Shown piece by piece: positions 1-13,039 of a stretch of 64,000 nucleotides of DNA. The stretch comes from Octopus bimaculoides (taxonomy: Eukaryota), in the NCBI RefSeq assembly GCF_001194135.2, contig NC_068986.1:43221418-43285417 (forward strand), given 5' to 3'. Position 1 is the first letter of the stretch. Each line of letters begins with the position of its first letter. Made by a program: the position numbers and the translations under genes. The notes under the pieces are model-generated. The model was not told where the DNA came from and ran no database searches. It worked only from the letters and a program-made list of their open reading frames with translations.

Positions 1-19
1 AGGTAGGTAGGTAGGTAGG

Positions 20-82
<63 letters not shown>

Positions 83-98
83 GTAGATAGATAGATAG
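1..98. repeat. (AGGT)n-(AGAT)n compound microsatellite
   Basis: Directly visible tetranucleotide array. Confidence 0.98.
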
Positions 99-1811
99 AA
101 AAAAGGATCAGTTTGAAAATAATCATGCCAAAGTTGATGAGTATGTTTTATAATTCTACATAAGTTACTGACTGCAGAAAAGTAAGCAATTTCTTCGTTA
201 CTATTAGAAGACGCAAATGAGATCCCCAGCTAAAATATCATATTATTAATTGGGATCATCGACGCATTTATTTGATGTACATGTTTCAGCGAGACAAATA
301 AGCCACATTGGTAACCTGTTGTTCATGTTCTACATGATTGACACGTACTGCATTATATATTCAGTACGTATTCGACATCAAAATATTCTAAAACACAACA
401 TAAAAGTTTTAGAAGTATGCAAAGTATTTTTTTTTTATAAATATTCATATAATGTTTGAGAAAACGAAAATAGAATTAATTACAAATGTGAAGAATTCCA
501 ATGCAGAGTATAAACTGTAGCGGCCAAATTGGAATTTCACAAATGTAATTGACAAAATGCAGCATGTTAGTAGTGTTTTAGACAGCACTATTAACAAATA
601 TTATTATTCAAGAACCACATGAGTTACTATTCTTATGAATAGAGAAAATATTCCACATTGGAATCTTTGAATCTGAACTATCTGCTAGAAAAGAATGTAT
701 TCAAAAATGGTTTCAATAAATCAACAGGAGCTGCTTGAAATTCCAGGAAACACACGAAGCGACTAAACCCATGCAAAACGTTATACGTATAGTAATGTGA
801 GTTAAAGGAAAAGAATACCAAGCATAGGAAAGAGCATATAGAGGAAGAGGAGTAACATGAGACACGAAAGATATATTTTCCGATTGACTGCTAATTCATG
901 CTCTTTTGTAAATGAACAGAAACTTAACTTCAAAGAATAAGCATTCTACTTTATAGTTTTAGCTCGATAGTTATATATTTACCTTTCCTGTTAGAGGAAA
1001 CGCGTGGTTGTTTGTTTCATTGCTTATACACAGAAAAATAATAGATAGCAAAAATAGGATCCTTGAAATTCAAACTTCAACAGCCATAAGAAAGTTTTGG
1101 ATGTAAATATATAGTAACTTTCTGGATGAACGTCTGCATCTTTATGAGAAGGAACGAACATAGTAAATATAATATAATATGGTTGGGGAAAATATTGCAT
1201 ATGTCACTAAGTGAAGTTCCAAAAATACAATTGGAAACAATCAATCTCTGACTATGGTGGCTAAATATTCCGTCCGGTAATATAGACACTAAGAATGTAT
1301 CAATATGGATCAGTGAATTATAATGGTGTCCCTGGATGGTCTCAGTTTAATGATTGAAACAAGTAAAGATAATTATTATAACAGTCATACTATTGAGGAA
1401 TTCATTACGATTTGCTAATGATGATTTGATAATGCTATTGAATGAATAATAATTAAAACTACAATTTCATTCATTTGTATATTTAATTATAGAGATCGGC
1501 ATCACCCTAGAGATAACGACAAGATGATAATTTAGCTACACACCCAGAAATTCGCTAGCAATAATAAACATTTCATATTGCAAGGCAAATATCACAATAG
1601 ACCCTTAAATCAACTGCGACACTTGTACTTTTGTGTCATCGGGGTTGAAGGACATACTTTCCCCCGTTAGGTTTCAGCTGGAAAGTATTGAGGTGAATCA
1701 AAAGTTTTGTGATGTTTTGGTAACATATTTGCTTTGTTCGTCAAACTACACAAAAAGCAGTCTAGCATTCAAAGTAGAGGTTATCTTGTTGCAACGCCAG
1801 AAGCCACCTTT

Positions 1812-2280
1812 CTGACAGTTCTTTGATTCCAGTCCTTGTCCTTCGAGAAGTACTCCTTCACTGAATCTTCAGCCTCCTCTTGGTTGATGAAGCACTGCGA
1901 GCGCTGGTGATCCATAGATCGGAACAAGTAATAATCTGAGGGAATTAGGTCCAGACCATATATATTGTGTGTGGCATCGGTTCGATTCCCTCAAGTTCCT
2001 AGAGCTTATTCCAGGTCCTTCGAGCGGTATGAGGTTTTGCGTTGTCTTACCGCAGAAGGGCTGCTCGTTATCACTAACCAATGCCGCGTATTTTTGCCGT
2101 ACAATGGCATACATCTGCTCCAGCTGTTCGGAGTACAGGTTCGCATTGATGGTTCGACCCTCTGGAACGAACTTGTAGTTGATTATCCCCTCGTAATTTC
2201 ACCAGAAGCAGAGCATCACCTTGAGTTCAAAATGCCCATGTTTGGCATCGGACTCCGGAAGCTAGTACTTGACTAAACAC
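1812..2280 (-). mobile_element. Mariner-family transposase relic (C-terminal catalytic half)
   Basis: Minus-strand translation across stops and frameshifts: KVMLCFW*NYEGIINYKFVP..INANLYSEQLEQMY..DNAKPHTARRT..GLDLIPSDYYLFRSM. These match the mariner VMLCVWW, DNA.PH and YSPDLAPSDY.LF motifs. Confidence 0.9.
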
Positions 2281-2366
2281 TGCTTATATACATTAGGATT
2301 ACAGAAAAATATACCCACTCGGATTATTACCTTTTCCTAAAATTTTTGAAATTCTCGTTAGCTTTT

Positions 2367-2399
2367 AGTAATAATAATGATAATAATAACAATAATAAT

Positions 2400-2464
<65 letters not shown>

Positions 2465-2465
2465 T
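2367..2465. repeat. (AAT)n microsatellite, 5' flank of Dong-type LINE
   Basis: Directly visible. Confidence 0.97.
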
Positions 2466-4062
2466 AGCCGCAGAAAAAGGAAAGATCAAAGTATGGCTTA
2501 GATTGATTACCGAAAGGCTTTTGATAGTATTCCCCACATATGTATCCTAGAAACACTAGATATGAACAAGGTAGCACCAGTAATCATAAAATATATACAC
2601 TCTATCTATGAATAAATGGCAGGCAATACAGCTCCAAACAAAAGAGGGACTCCTAAAAACCAAAGCCATCTCCATTAGAAGAGGAATATTCCAGAAAGAC
2701 AGTCTCTCTCTCCACTCCTTTTTTGCTTGGCACTGACACCTTTATCTGACATGCTAAACAGAAATGGATGCGGATACAACTCTTACGGCAAGACAATCAG
2801 CCACCTCTTATACATGGACGATCTAAAACCGTACGCTACAAATGATAAACAGCTGGAAACATTGCTACAAACAGTACATGGATATAACAAAGAAATAAAC
2901 ATGAAATTTGACTTAGAAAAATGTGCCAAAGCAACTTTGAAAAGATGAAAACTAGTTAAGAGTAGCAACATCACACTAAATAAAGCAAATGAAATAAGAA
3001 AATCAGACCAAAGTCAAACATACAAGTATTTAGGAATCAATGAACTAGATAGGATAAAACACGAGCAAAACAAAAAAAACTGCTCTCAGTCTTTAAGTAA
3101 GCTGACAAATACAAACAAAAGTCATACTAACTAACAACTATAAAGATAAAGAAGAAACAAAAAAGCTGCATATCAGATGAAATCCAAAATAAACTATAAC
3201 AGCAACGGATAATGATAAAACGATGGCAAGACTAGCCCCTTCATGGCAAATAGTCGGCTAAACTAAACGCAAAAGAAATAGACAAAGCAAAATCCCAGCA
3301 ATGGCTGAGAAGCCCAGGACTCAAAGCAGAGACTGAAGGATTTTTAATTGCAACACAAGACCAAAGCTTCCCCACCAGAAATTACCAAAACATATTACGA
3401 AAAGAAATATAACAAGTAACTGCAGAATATGTAGAAATGGACAAGAAACAATAGATCATATTATCTCTGGCATCCCAGTCCTGGCTAAGAAGGAATATAT
3501 TCACAGAGACGACGGAGTTGGGACTTACATACACTGGAAGCTATGTCTACACTACGGAATAACAACAGAAAAAGATGGTATAGGCACACGCCAGAAAAGG
3601 TCACAGAACATGAGAAAGCAACAATACTATGGGATATACCAATACACACAGATGGAAAAATGTTGGCTAATAGGCCAGATATAGTTGTCAGAGATCATGA
3701 TGAAAAAAATGTGTTTTTTCATTGATGTTTCAATACCAACAGTCAACAACGTTTCTCCAAAAGAAATGTAGAAACTTTCAAAATATAAAAACCTGGAAAT
3801 AGAGGTAACTCGAACGTAGAGTCTGAAAACAGAAACAATTCCTATCATAGTGAGCGCATTGGATATGATAAAAAAATATTCAGATAAATACATAACAAAA
3901 ACACAAGGACTTACAAATATATATAACATACAGAAAATTGCACTACTAGGCACTGCACACATCCTACGTAAAACACTTTCAATACAGTAACCATAAGAGC
4001 ATCACAGCAAACCACAGCTGTACTCGGTAGTGCAGTGAAAGCACGTGATAAAAATAAGACTA

Positions 4063-4066
<4 letters not shown>
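2466..4066 (+). mobile_element. 5'-truncated R4/Dong-type non-LTR retrotransposon, family A (RT + zinc knuckle + restriction-like endonuclease), pseudogenised
   Basis: RT motifs DYRKAFDS, RRGIFQKDSLSPLLF, HLLYMDDLK; then CRIC..ETIDHI, ILWD, NRPDIVV, IDVSIP, KYKNL, QKIALLGTAHILRK; short 3'UTR running into (AAT)n. Confidence 0.92.

Positions 4067-4135
<69 letters not shown>
4067..4135. repeat. (AAT)n microsatellite, 3' flank or tail of Dong-type LINE
   Basis: Directly visible. Confidence 0.97.
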
Positions 4136-4138
<3 letters not shown>

Positions 4139-4139
4139 T

Positions 4140-4275
4140 GATTTGAACCGGTGAAATGCCTCTAAGCATTTTGTCCGGCGTGCTAACAACTCCAACAGTA
4201 GCTTCAAATTTTGGCACCTGGCGAGCAATTTTAGGGAAGCGGATAATTCGATTACACCAACATCACAACTAAACT
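4140..4275 (-). mobile_element. tRNA-derived SINE family S1, degraded fragment
   Basis: Resembles the reverse complement of the S1 head and tail seen intact at 37925-38152 (ctaagcattttgtccggcgtgctaac). Confidence 0.65.
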
Positions 4276-7050
4276 GGTTTATTTATTTATTGGTCACAAG
4301 ATCCTACTGAAAAGGTACAAAAGACATCGATACAAAGCACAAAAAATGAAAGGGAAAATTAATGAAGTAACAATAAAATTTTAAACAATTCACGAATAGA
4401 TGTGGGGAAATCTCCGATGTCTACCCGGGAAAATGCCACAAATAGCATGCTCACACTGATGTCTCAGGCAAGCGACCTCGCCATTCAGTCTTCTTACCAG
4501 TCTCAACTTTTCAACGAATTTACTGGAAAGCAATACTTCACATTCTATGCTCGCTTTCCTTGTCAAGTAAAAATTGAAAAAGTTGATGAAGGCTTGGCCA
4601 AAGACGAAAGAACCACCCCGAAGATCCTCATTCAATTTTGTTTACTACACAATTTCTTTCTCCATGATTACTAGGGAGATAAAGTGGTGATTAGTTTTCA
4701 CAGGAGACTCACAGATAGCCAAATCCGTCCCATATAAGTTATGTCAGAAATGATTGGGCAGTGATCTTTCGAATGCAGAACGATCTCATCTATATGCGCG
4801 CATCTCAAGCAATCTTGCTGTCGGCACTTCCGTGCCTGTAGTGATTGCCTCCAAACGACAATATCTACGATAATAGTGTCAATATAAGGATTTCTGATAT
4901 TATTCATGGACTCCAGACTGAACGTTTTACAGATCCTCTATAGAATGCTAATGTGGAATTTTCACCAACAGTATTCTCTCATTGGCTGAAGGTTGTAAGT
5001 GCCTGCCGATATTCATCCAGGACTGAAGCGCTGTAAAAGAAACGAGCTTGGAAAAACAGGTCTTACAAACGCAGACACATATACTCACTCTCTAAAAATG
5101 CTGGAGTTGTTGTAACCTCAGTGCATGTCTGCGCACTATCAACTAAGGAATCTCTAGACTTTCACGAAGTGGACGTTGTCAGTAAATTGACTTTCCAGAG
5201 AAAGCGAAAGAGCCAACGCTCTCGTCTATTCAAACTTGAAACGGCGGTAATGTAAGACAGATGCAATGTAGGCGTTCGCCACCGACGTCCTACCTTTCAA
5301 GGATAGCTTCTTCTCAGCTATTTCTGGGTTAAACAGGCCACACCAATTGTCACCTCGTTCCAGTTCTTGTTCAGTTTGAGTCCCGTCTCAAAACCAAGGT
5401 AATTTAACCAGTCCATCCATTCATAACCACACAATACATGACAGCATAGATCTGCCTCTGCAGAAGCCAAGTTGCAAGCATACTGACATTTACTAATATT
5501 GCTTTTGTCACGACTCACATTTCCTTAAGAGTGGTACAGGTCAACTTGGTGTGCTTGGTATCCGAAATTATTACATTGACGTCGTCTGCATATACCAAAA
5601 CAGTCTTCCACACCCTAGTACGCATGAGGTGTCCCTCAACATACCTAGTTTCCGCAGTAGTGACTCTAAAATCAGTCTACATATAAGACACGAGTGTTGA
5701 CAGAGTGCATGATATTGACGATTTCAGGTAGTAATTGACCATTGATAATTTGACGATGTAGCTCCTGAAAATGGAGGCGAAACTGGCCACTTTTCGCAAA
5801 CAGCCGACAAGTATTAGTAGTCGACCCTATCGAAAGCTTTCAACTGATCCAGGTACCGACATGCCAGGTTACTTAATTACCCTTTCTATGATGTATCAAT
5901 TGCGGTAGAGGTTTTCGTGAATTGACCTGTTTACAACAGCACATGTCTGCGCATCTTCAGTCAGACCATCGAGAAGAGCCTAAATCTTTGTTAACAGCTT
6001 GACCTCTGAGTTTTGCAATAGTTATGGAGTGAAAAGTATCAATGTGGACCACGTGCCATCCATCCTCTCCTTACAGAACCGGAGATTCTTCCATGTTGTT
6101 GCCAGTTGTGGTAGACATCTGCTAAATATCGTTGAACAAGTCCGTTACAATAGTGTAAAGATCATCTAGGCAACTTATCCTTGTGCAGTCAGATATGATT
6201 TATCTTACTTCAGTGTCTGTTTTTGGCCTTTCGCAACATCCATATCTGCCAGCGTGATTTGCAGTAATGTGTCCAGTTAGGGTTTGCTTCCTTACTTGTC
6301 CAGAGCAATCGAGCAAAGTTCTATTGAAATGCTCAACGCCTGCTTGTCTAATCCAGCCACTGTAATCTTGACGGACCGAGAAAGAAGCGTTCAGCTTCAA
6401 GTAACTAGGGGACCTGCCTACGAAGTCCATCCTACAAATCCGTGGTCTGTGCAGCCGATCACTTTATATTGTGTAACTTTACGCAGACTAGCCTCCAGAA
6501 AACTTAATGTAAATACAATCTAGACTGGGTGTGGTTTGTCCATGTGCAGAATGGTGCATTCGCGAAATCCTCTCAGTATCTCTCAGACAGTTTCAAACGC
6601 CTGAATGTTAGCGACTGGATCTCTGAAACGTCTGGTGTGTTGTTTGTGTTGTAGATGTTAGGGTTTCTTCCAGTGTTGTTGCTGGGACTGTAATTATCTT
6701 TGTTGCTGTTACATACTGTCGTTGTAGTTGCTTGTTGATTTTTGTGTTGTGGTTGTTGCTGTTGATGGTGATGTTGCTATTTTGAAGTTAATAATAATGG
6801 AGGTCTAGTTTCTGCAGTCACTTTATGTTGGTTTTGAGTGCAGAAGTCTTTGGGACAGTTGGTATTTTCAGTTGTAGCAAGAAGACCTTCTACTCTTTAC
6901 TTCCTCCTGAACTGCATTTGCTGTTATCCTGGGAATTTTATTAGTTTGAGGAACATTGTCCAGTCTCTCACATTTATCGTGATGAGAATTTCCAGCCTCA
7001 TCCCAACCGATATTTATGATTGCCTTCTTTTAGCTTTCAACAAAATATGA
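4276..7050 (-). mobile_element. L1/Tx1-like LINE, decayed (ORF1 C-terminus, APE, RT, C-terminal Cys domain, 3'UTR)
   Basis: Minus strand: zinc-knuckle-like SRRSSCYN (~6860), APE-like WTNHTQSRLDCIYI..GCTDH (6440-6545), LDQLKAFDRV (~5820-5855), KTVLVYADD (~5580-5610), CLRCAHIDEIVLH (~4780-4820), and aataaa repeats at the 3' end (~4280). Confidence 0.85.
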
Positions 7051-7849
7051 TTAGAAGTGCAAGTGTGATATCGCAACACACAAGACAGAAATACATAAAT
7101 AAACCAACATAGAAGGAATTTAACGAACAAAACAGCTATGAGTACAGGCAGCCGGTTCAGAGTCAACTAGGAATGCATATAGTTAAAACATATGGTTGAG
7201 GTTCATTCGAAGAGTTTTGACTGGGATCTTAATTACATCATGCTGAAAACTACATGCAACACGAGCACTAATTTATATTTTGATGAAAAAAATGGGTCCG
7301 CTGCTTATTGTTCATTAAAATATAACAAGAAGGGTTCTATGGAAAATAGAAAAATATTTAAATTTTGTTATATGCACATTTTAAGCACATTAACACATTA
7401 ACAGATATTGAGAATAACATACGAAGATATATAAACGAATTATTAAATCAAACTTCCTTAACAAATCTCCTCATTTATATAATAAAAGTAAAAAGTGGAA
7501 TAACTCTTATCAAGAATATGCAGAGAAAAAGCAAAAGAAGCGATCTCATGCAAAGAAGATAAACTTTTACAAACATGTAAACAGAATATTACCAACTTCA
7601 CACGATAAAAATAAACGTTCAAAACAAATAATATCATGTCCAAACTGTAATTTATTACTTGTATGGATAGCATGTTTAACTCAATTATCTTTTTTTTAGC
7701 ATTGAGTTCAGTGTTTAATATTAGTCTTACTCTTCTGTAATATTCTCTCCAAATATTTGCATGGCTGACTGCGGCCTAATTCTCTGATTTCTGTGTCTAT
7801 GCGAAAAGCATGTGAACACAACAAAAATAATTACAGTACCGGCAACAAC

Positions 7850-8260
7850 ACTGAAACCAGCACCTTTCAGCATTTACAACACAAATACAATACCAGCATT
7901 TACAACACAAATAACACACCAGATGTTCGAGAAATTAGTCGGTAACATTCAAGCGTTTGCAACTGTCTAAGAAGTATTGACCAACAAGATTTCTCGAATC
8001 CACCAATCTGGACATGGAAAAACCACACCCAGTGATATAGATCGTATTTACATTGAGCTTTCTGTAGGCTAGTGTGTATAGATCGCATAAATTTCCACAT
8101 ACATGGCGTTACACAGAGATAAGCCCAGATAATGCAAGGAAAATAACAGAGCAAACCTGAACACATAAAAACATATCAAGCAAATATCTCTGGAGATCAA
8201 ACGTAAAACAAATTTATAATCTAATATCAAAAGATATCCTAGAATTTAGAAACGCAATCA
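7850..8260 (+). mobile_element. L1/Tx1-like LINE fragment (endonuclease region)
   Basis: 7890-8050 aligns in inverted orientation to 6500-6660; motif IWTWKNHT..DIDRIYI. Confidence 0.7.
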
Positions 8261-9959
8261 AGATTGCTAGCAATTAGAAGGAATTTAAAATGCACAAATT
8301 CTCCAGTTTCTATAAAAATAAATGTTGACGTGTAGGTTCTATCTTTACCAGTTTGTTACATAGATACATAACTTTTTCATATGCAATCGAGGATGTATGT
8401 GAGTGTGTAATAGCAGTAACACTGTGTCATATCTAATAATAGGAGTTAAATGTAATTCTTGAAGACAACCAGCTAGAAGGAATAATACTAATTTCCAAAA
8501 TATAAAGTTCAAGAACATTTAAACTTCACACTGATAATTTATTTGTCGACAATAATCCTTGATATCTATACTTCTGAACAGACTGGCATTTCAGCAGAGG
8601 ATTCTTGTAAGAAGATTAGAAAATGTGTCATAAAGGATACAACAGACTAAATAAAAACTTGCAAAGATTATAAATCACAGAAATTCTTTCCTCTTCACAT
8701 GACATTGTGAAATGTTGCTGATAATGTACAGAAATAATATAAGTACACGTCTAACCAAGTAAAGAAATCACACTCTGACAAAATAGAAAATATTATTAAC
8801 ACGGCGGCACAAATGTAAGATAAAAAGTTACGTTGCTTGATAGACAGAAGCATAATTCACAAAATGTCAATATCAAAAATTTTATGTAGCCTTAGTTTGC
8901 TAAAATATCTGACAAAGCAAACCATAAATGTTTCCGAATGCTATAGATATAAAAAAAAAACCCCCATTAAATGAAACTACGAGAATGGAGCCTATATTCT
9001 CAACTGGAAGTAAACAATGAGTAAATTATTTGAATGATGTGCTAACACTATGATAACGGATCTTAAATTAAAATTGAAGTTAAAACTTAAAATATTGAGT
9101 AAGACATACATTTGGTACAGATAAAGACCTGAATAGGAAAGGTTTTACTAAATATGTCTCTCTACTAAAACAGACATATTTTCATATTTGTCATCAACAC
9201 CTGCACAGATAAGATCAATTTCATATTAGCCACTGATCCAATATTTCTCATCACCTCATTATAATCATAATTATAGTTCATAAGTTAGATTGTTTCTGTT
9301 ATGGTGGCAGATAACGCCCCCAGGTATTTTCCTCCCTCATTTTGAGAGTTTGCTGCTTCCTCATAAATATCATTAAGGATCAACATAATGATTCTTGGAA
9401 GAAATCTATGCTTCGGTGAGGAACGGGGTTCTGTTGAAATGAAAATTATACATGCACGCATTATGCTTCGTAAGGGAGAATGTAACGGCTATGATATTCT
9501 AGGATGTTCGTGATTAGATTTGTAAAAAGATCAAAGATAAACATGTAACTGATCAAAGGGGAAGAGAAATTATCAAAGCTATTATCATATCATTTTCTTC
9601 CGAAGCAATTTTTTAAAAAAATCTCACCGAATTGATAATGAACTAGATATGGATAATGAGTGAAAAACTAACACCAATAATATCTGTGTATAAGTTAAGG
9701 AAAAATAACTTAAATAAACACCATAGCAGCCAGCTCTGCAAACGACTACACACAGATTTCAAAAATTAGTCGTGCAGCGCATACTACATATTTCATGCAA
9801 GGCATTTTCAATTTAATGACTAATACTTCCCAAAACTGAAGTCATGAAATCTCAATATACAATTTATATAATCCCCTGCAAATAGAAAATGCTACAACTG
9901 CCCCTACTGATCTTTCTACTGTTAGTATTAATAGAAATAGAAATAAAAATATTAATCAC

Positions 9960-10445
9960 AATCATTTCCACTAAAGGCAGAAGGCCTGATATTTTGGGTG
10001 AATGGGATCTAATCCCGTACATCAACCTCTTTCCATGCAAATGGTCTTTACTTCATCAACCCCAAAGGGATGAAAGGTAAACTCAGCCTACGTAATGACA
10101 ACATAATGTCAGTTCGTCAACTTAACAACAACAATAATAATATTAAGTCATTCTACTATAGGTACAAGGCCTGAAGTTTTCGGGTGTGAAGTCTAGTCAA
10201 TTACATCGAACTCAGCGTTTCACTGGTACTTAATTTATCGATTCCGAAGGATGAAAGGCAAAGTCAGCCACGGACGAAAGCTGCTGAGCATTTTGCCCGA
10301 CATGCTAGCGATTCTGCCTGGTCGTCGCCTTAATAAGGAAAACAACAATAATTATTATTATTATTACTCTAGGCACAGGGCCTTGAAACTTTTGGGGCGC
10401 GGAAGGAGGCTGGTCGATTACATCGACTCCAGCGCCTAACTGGTA
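9960..10445 (-). mobile_element. Cluster of three degraded S1 SINE fragments separated by short AAT/ATT runs
   Basis: Recurring aggcctga..tttgggg..gattacatcgac..ctggtact..ggatgaaaggcaaagtc blocks at ~9975, ~10165 and ~10375. Confidence 0.7.
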
Positions 10446-11020
10446 TTTCCACAATAGCTTATCAATGTATCAACCAGAGGTGACCAGGGAACCCTCACTG
10501 ATTCTCGATCATTATAATCGCCAAAGTAACACCCCTATTTCAACTCTCTTCTCCAATATGTCAATCTGTCTGTTCCAGCATATGTCCCAGAGGACCCTTT
10601 CACGGTGGGCGACGAGTTTTCAACCAGCAGCGATCATGTCTTAACATCAGTTGCAACTAGTGTTTCTGGATTGGAGACAAGATTCGGCCTTCTCAACTTT
10701 TCTATATTTTATGAGGTCCTGTACTTTTTTCCACTTGTCTTCTAGTAATTGATATATGGAGGCTACTCCAGCGGGAGTGGCCCGGTTATTGGTATTGTTG
10801 TTCTTAGTCATCGTGTTTTGCTTCGTGTTTAATTTTGTAATTCCTTTCGTCACTGCTCTTCTTCTTCTTCTTCTTCTTCTTCTTCTTCTTCTTCTTCTTC
10901 TTCTTCTTCTTCTTNNNNNNNNNNCTGCTTGTTTGTGTTACTATCGCTACGTATGCTTTGCTATTCATGTTGGTGCTATTATTATCTTTGTTACGTTGCT
11001 GCTGTTGCTAATATAGCCGT
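10440..11020 (-). mobile_element. Possible ORF1 region of an L1/Tx1-like LINE, containing (CTT)n at 10857-10914
   Basis: AC-rich low-complexity minus strand and a basic ORF (10647-10853) compositionally like the ORF1 region at 30.7-31.1 kb. No diagnostic motif. Confidence 0.35.
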
Positions 11021-11029
11021 CCTCGCATT

Positions 11030-11830
11030 CGCATGGAACTAATTTCATCGAACACGTTGCCTGTTGTTTAGAGAGTTGTGGGCACGTTATGATACTCTAG
11101 ATGCAAGATACCCTTCTCGGTATCTGCTTAATCCAGTTCTGCACCTGTATAAAAGATCGAGCCAGAGAAACGGGAGTCTAACAAACTACGTCTAGACCTA
11201 CTAACTGTCGAGAAAGCGCTGAAGATGCTGTAGCTCCAGTGCACGTTCGCGAATGATGAGCCAGGGCATGGCCAGTGCTCCACCCAGCAAATGTTGACAG
11301 CAAATAGACCGACTGACCAGCGAAACCCGTCCTTTCAACGGAAAATAAAAGAGCAAGCGATCCAATTTTTTTCTGCCATGGAACGAGACCACGTACGGCA
11401 GTCTAGTGGTAATGCATGCGTCTGCTACCTCCACCCTACCGTTCAGAGATGGCTTTCTATCGGGCTATTTCCGGGTAAGATAGGCTACTCTTCTAGTCAG
11501 TTCACCCAAATTCTTTCTTATCTATTCAAACCCCGAATAATTTAACCGGTCTTCTGTCAAACGCTCCACGTTGCTGTCGGGCAGTAAGGACTCCCTCTCT
11601 AACAGCTGAACTGCAGATTCAATAATTTTTCTGATTATGTTTTGCTCTACACAGAATTCCCCTAAATACCTCTAATTTCCACAATATTGTTTCGTGTGCC
11701 ATTACGTACGGAACAAGGGACAGTGGATCCAAACGCATGATGATGAGCGGTTCAGATATAAGGCCATTTACTCTGAAAACAGGGTCGGAACCAGCTGCCG
11801 TGAGGACAGTCGCCAAGCATTGATGATCAA
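11030..11830 (-). mobile_element. L1/Tx1-like LINE fragment (RT and post-RT)
   Basis: RVNGLISEPLIIMR..PLSLVPYVMAHETILWKLE and ALAMPWLIIRERALELQHLQRFLD, which parallel the 33.8-34.5 kb copy. Confidence 0.72.
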
Positions 11831-12429
11831 TGCAATCAAAATCTTTTTATTTATCTAAATTCAACCTGCCTCTATCTATGCCAGTTTACTTACACACCTA
11901 TGATGTTACGTGATGTATAAGTTGTCATGCCAGTACGCCAGTCTGAATACCTTTCCTAGGCGCTTCTTCTACATTTCTAATTAGCTAGCTCCCCTTCAAG
12001 TCTAGAATTTCCTGTCATATTTCCTTAATAAAACCTTATCTACTCTAATCTAAAAGCCCTTATCAGGCTAACTAACTGGTTGAAGATTACTCCCGTCAAC
12101 TGTTTTTTAACTAGTTCTCTTATCCAGTCTCTATAAAGTTGGCGCACCGACAAAGACGCGTACTTTATCCAGTACTCAACCTTTCTAGACCAAACGTACG
12201 AATCACAAATTTTTGGTCGGTGAAGTTGACTACGTTGCAGTTTGGATAACAATTAATATCTATATTCTCAAGTCAAAAGAATACTCAATCTAATACTCAA
12301 TTTGACTGACCTGATACTATTTAGCCATATCTATATTGCCACATACAGGAAATCTAGTCGGCACTTCTCAGACAGTTGGAAACATTAGAACAGCTTTGCC
12401 AGGTTTTCGCACCTTACTCTCTCCAGGAA

Positions 12430-12537
12430 GAGTATATAGCTAAGTGAACTTCGGTGTCATTTGAACTCATAAAGTCGGAAGTTATGCAGCTAAGCACTTT
12501 GTTCGACATGCTAACAATTCCCCTGGCTCACCGTCTC
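12430..12537 (-). mobile_element. S1 SINE head fragment, degraded
   Basis: atttgaactc...gctaagcactttgttcgacatgctaac...ggctcaccg is the reverse complement of the S1 head. Confidence 0.6.
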
Positions 12538-12974
12538 ACTCATAGTAATAGTTATAATAATTGCTTTTAGCGGGCAGGGTATTAGATGCTGCAGCAAATA
12601 TTCTGCTCAACACCAGATTTGCTTGCCAGTTGTTTCACCTTGACCAGTTAAGCCTGTCGCTTAGTGGTGGAAGATAAATGCAACTCTGATCACGAGCAGA
12701 AGTAGTGGAGGAGCATCAAAATCATGTGTTGAAAGCAATTCTTTGGAGTTTGAATAATTCACCTTTGAAAACATGGGTGTTTCTTTCAACATTCTTAAAC
12801 AACCCTTATTCAAGGACCTTTTGAACAGGAAGGGCTACTCGAGCTGAATATTCCAACTACGTCCCACCTGCAAGGTATGTGCTAAGTTATCTTGAAATGA
12901 AAGTAGTGGTGGGTATATTGGGCTTCGTATATTTGTACCCCACACTCACTTTCATGGCTTGCGCTGCTGTCACT

Positions 12975-13037
12975 CAATAATAATAATAATATTAATAATA
13001 TTAATAATAATAATAATGATAATAATAATAAAAATAA
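12975..13037. repeat. (AAT)n microsatellite
   Basis: Directly visible, imperfect. Confidence 0.9.
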
Positions 13038-13039
13038 TA

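Noticed and set aside
2466-4066. Reverse transcriptases as a prokaryotic retron, DGR or CRISPR-RT system
   Set aside because: The context is eukaryotic; the RTs are frameshifted LINE/PLE types; there are no operons or repeat-spacer arrays.
3911-4228. ORFs with poly-Tyr, poly-Leu, poly-Ile or (SL)n tracts (also 10756, 28399-28651, 44511, 49830, 50236, 56311, 60846)
   Set aside because: They are translations of microsatellites, not proteins.
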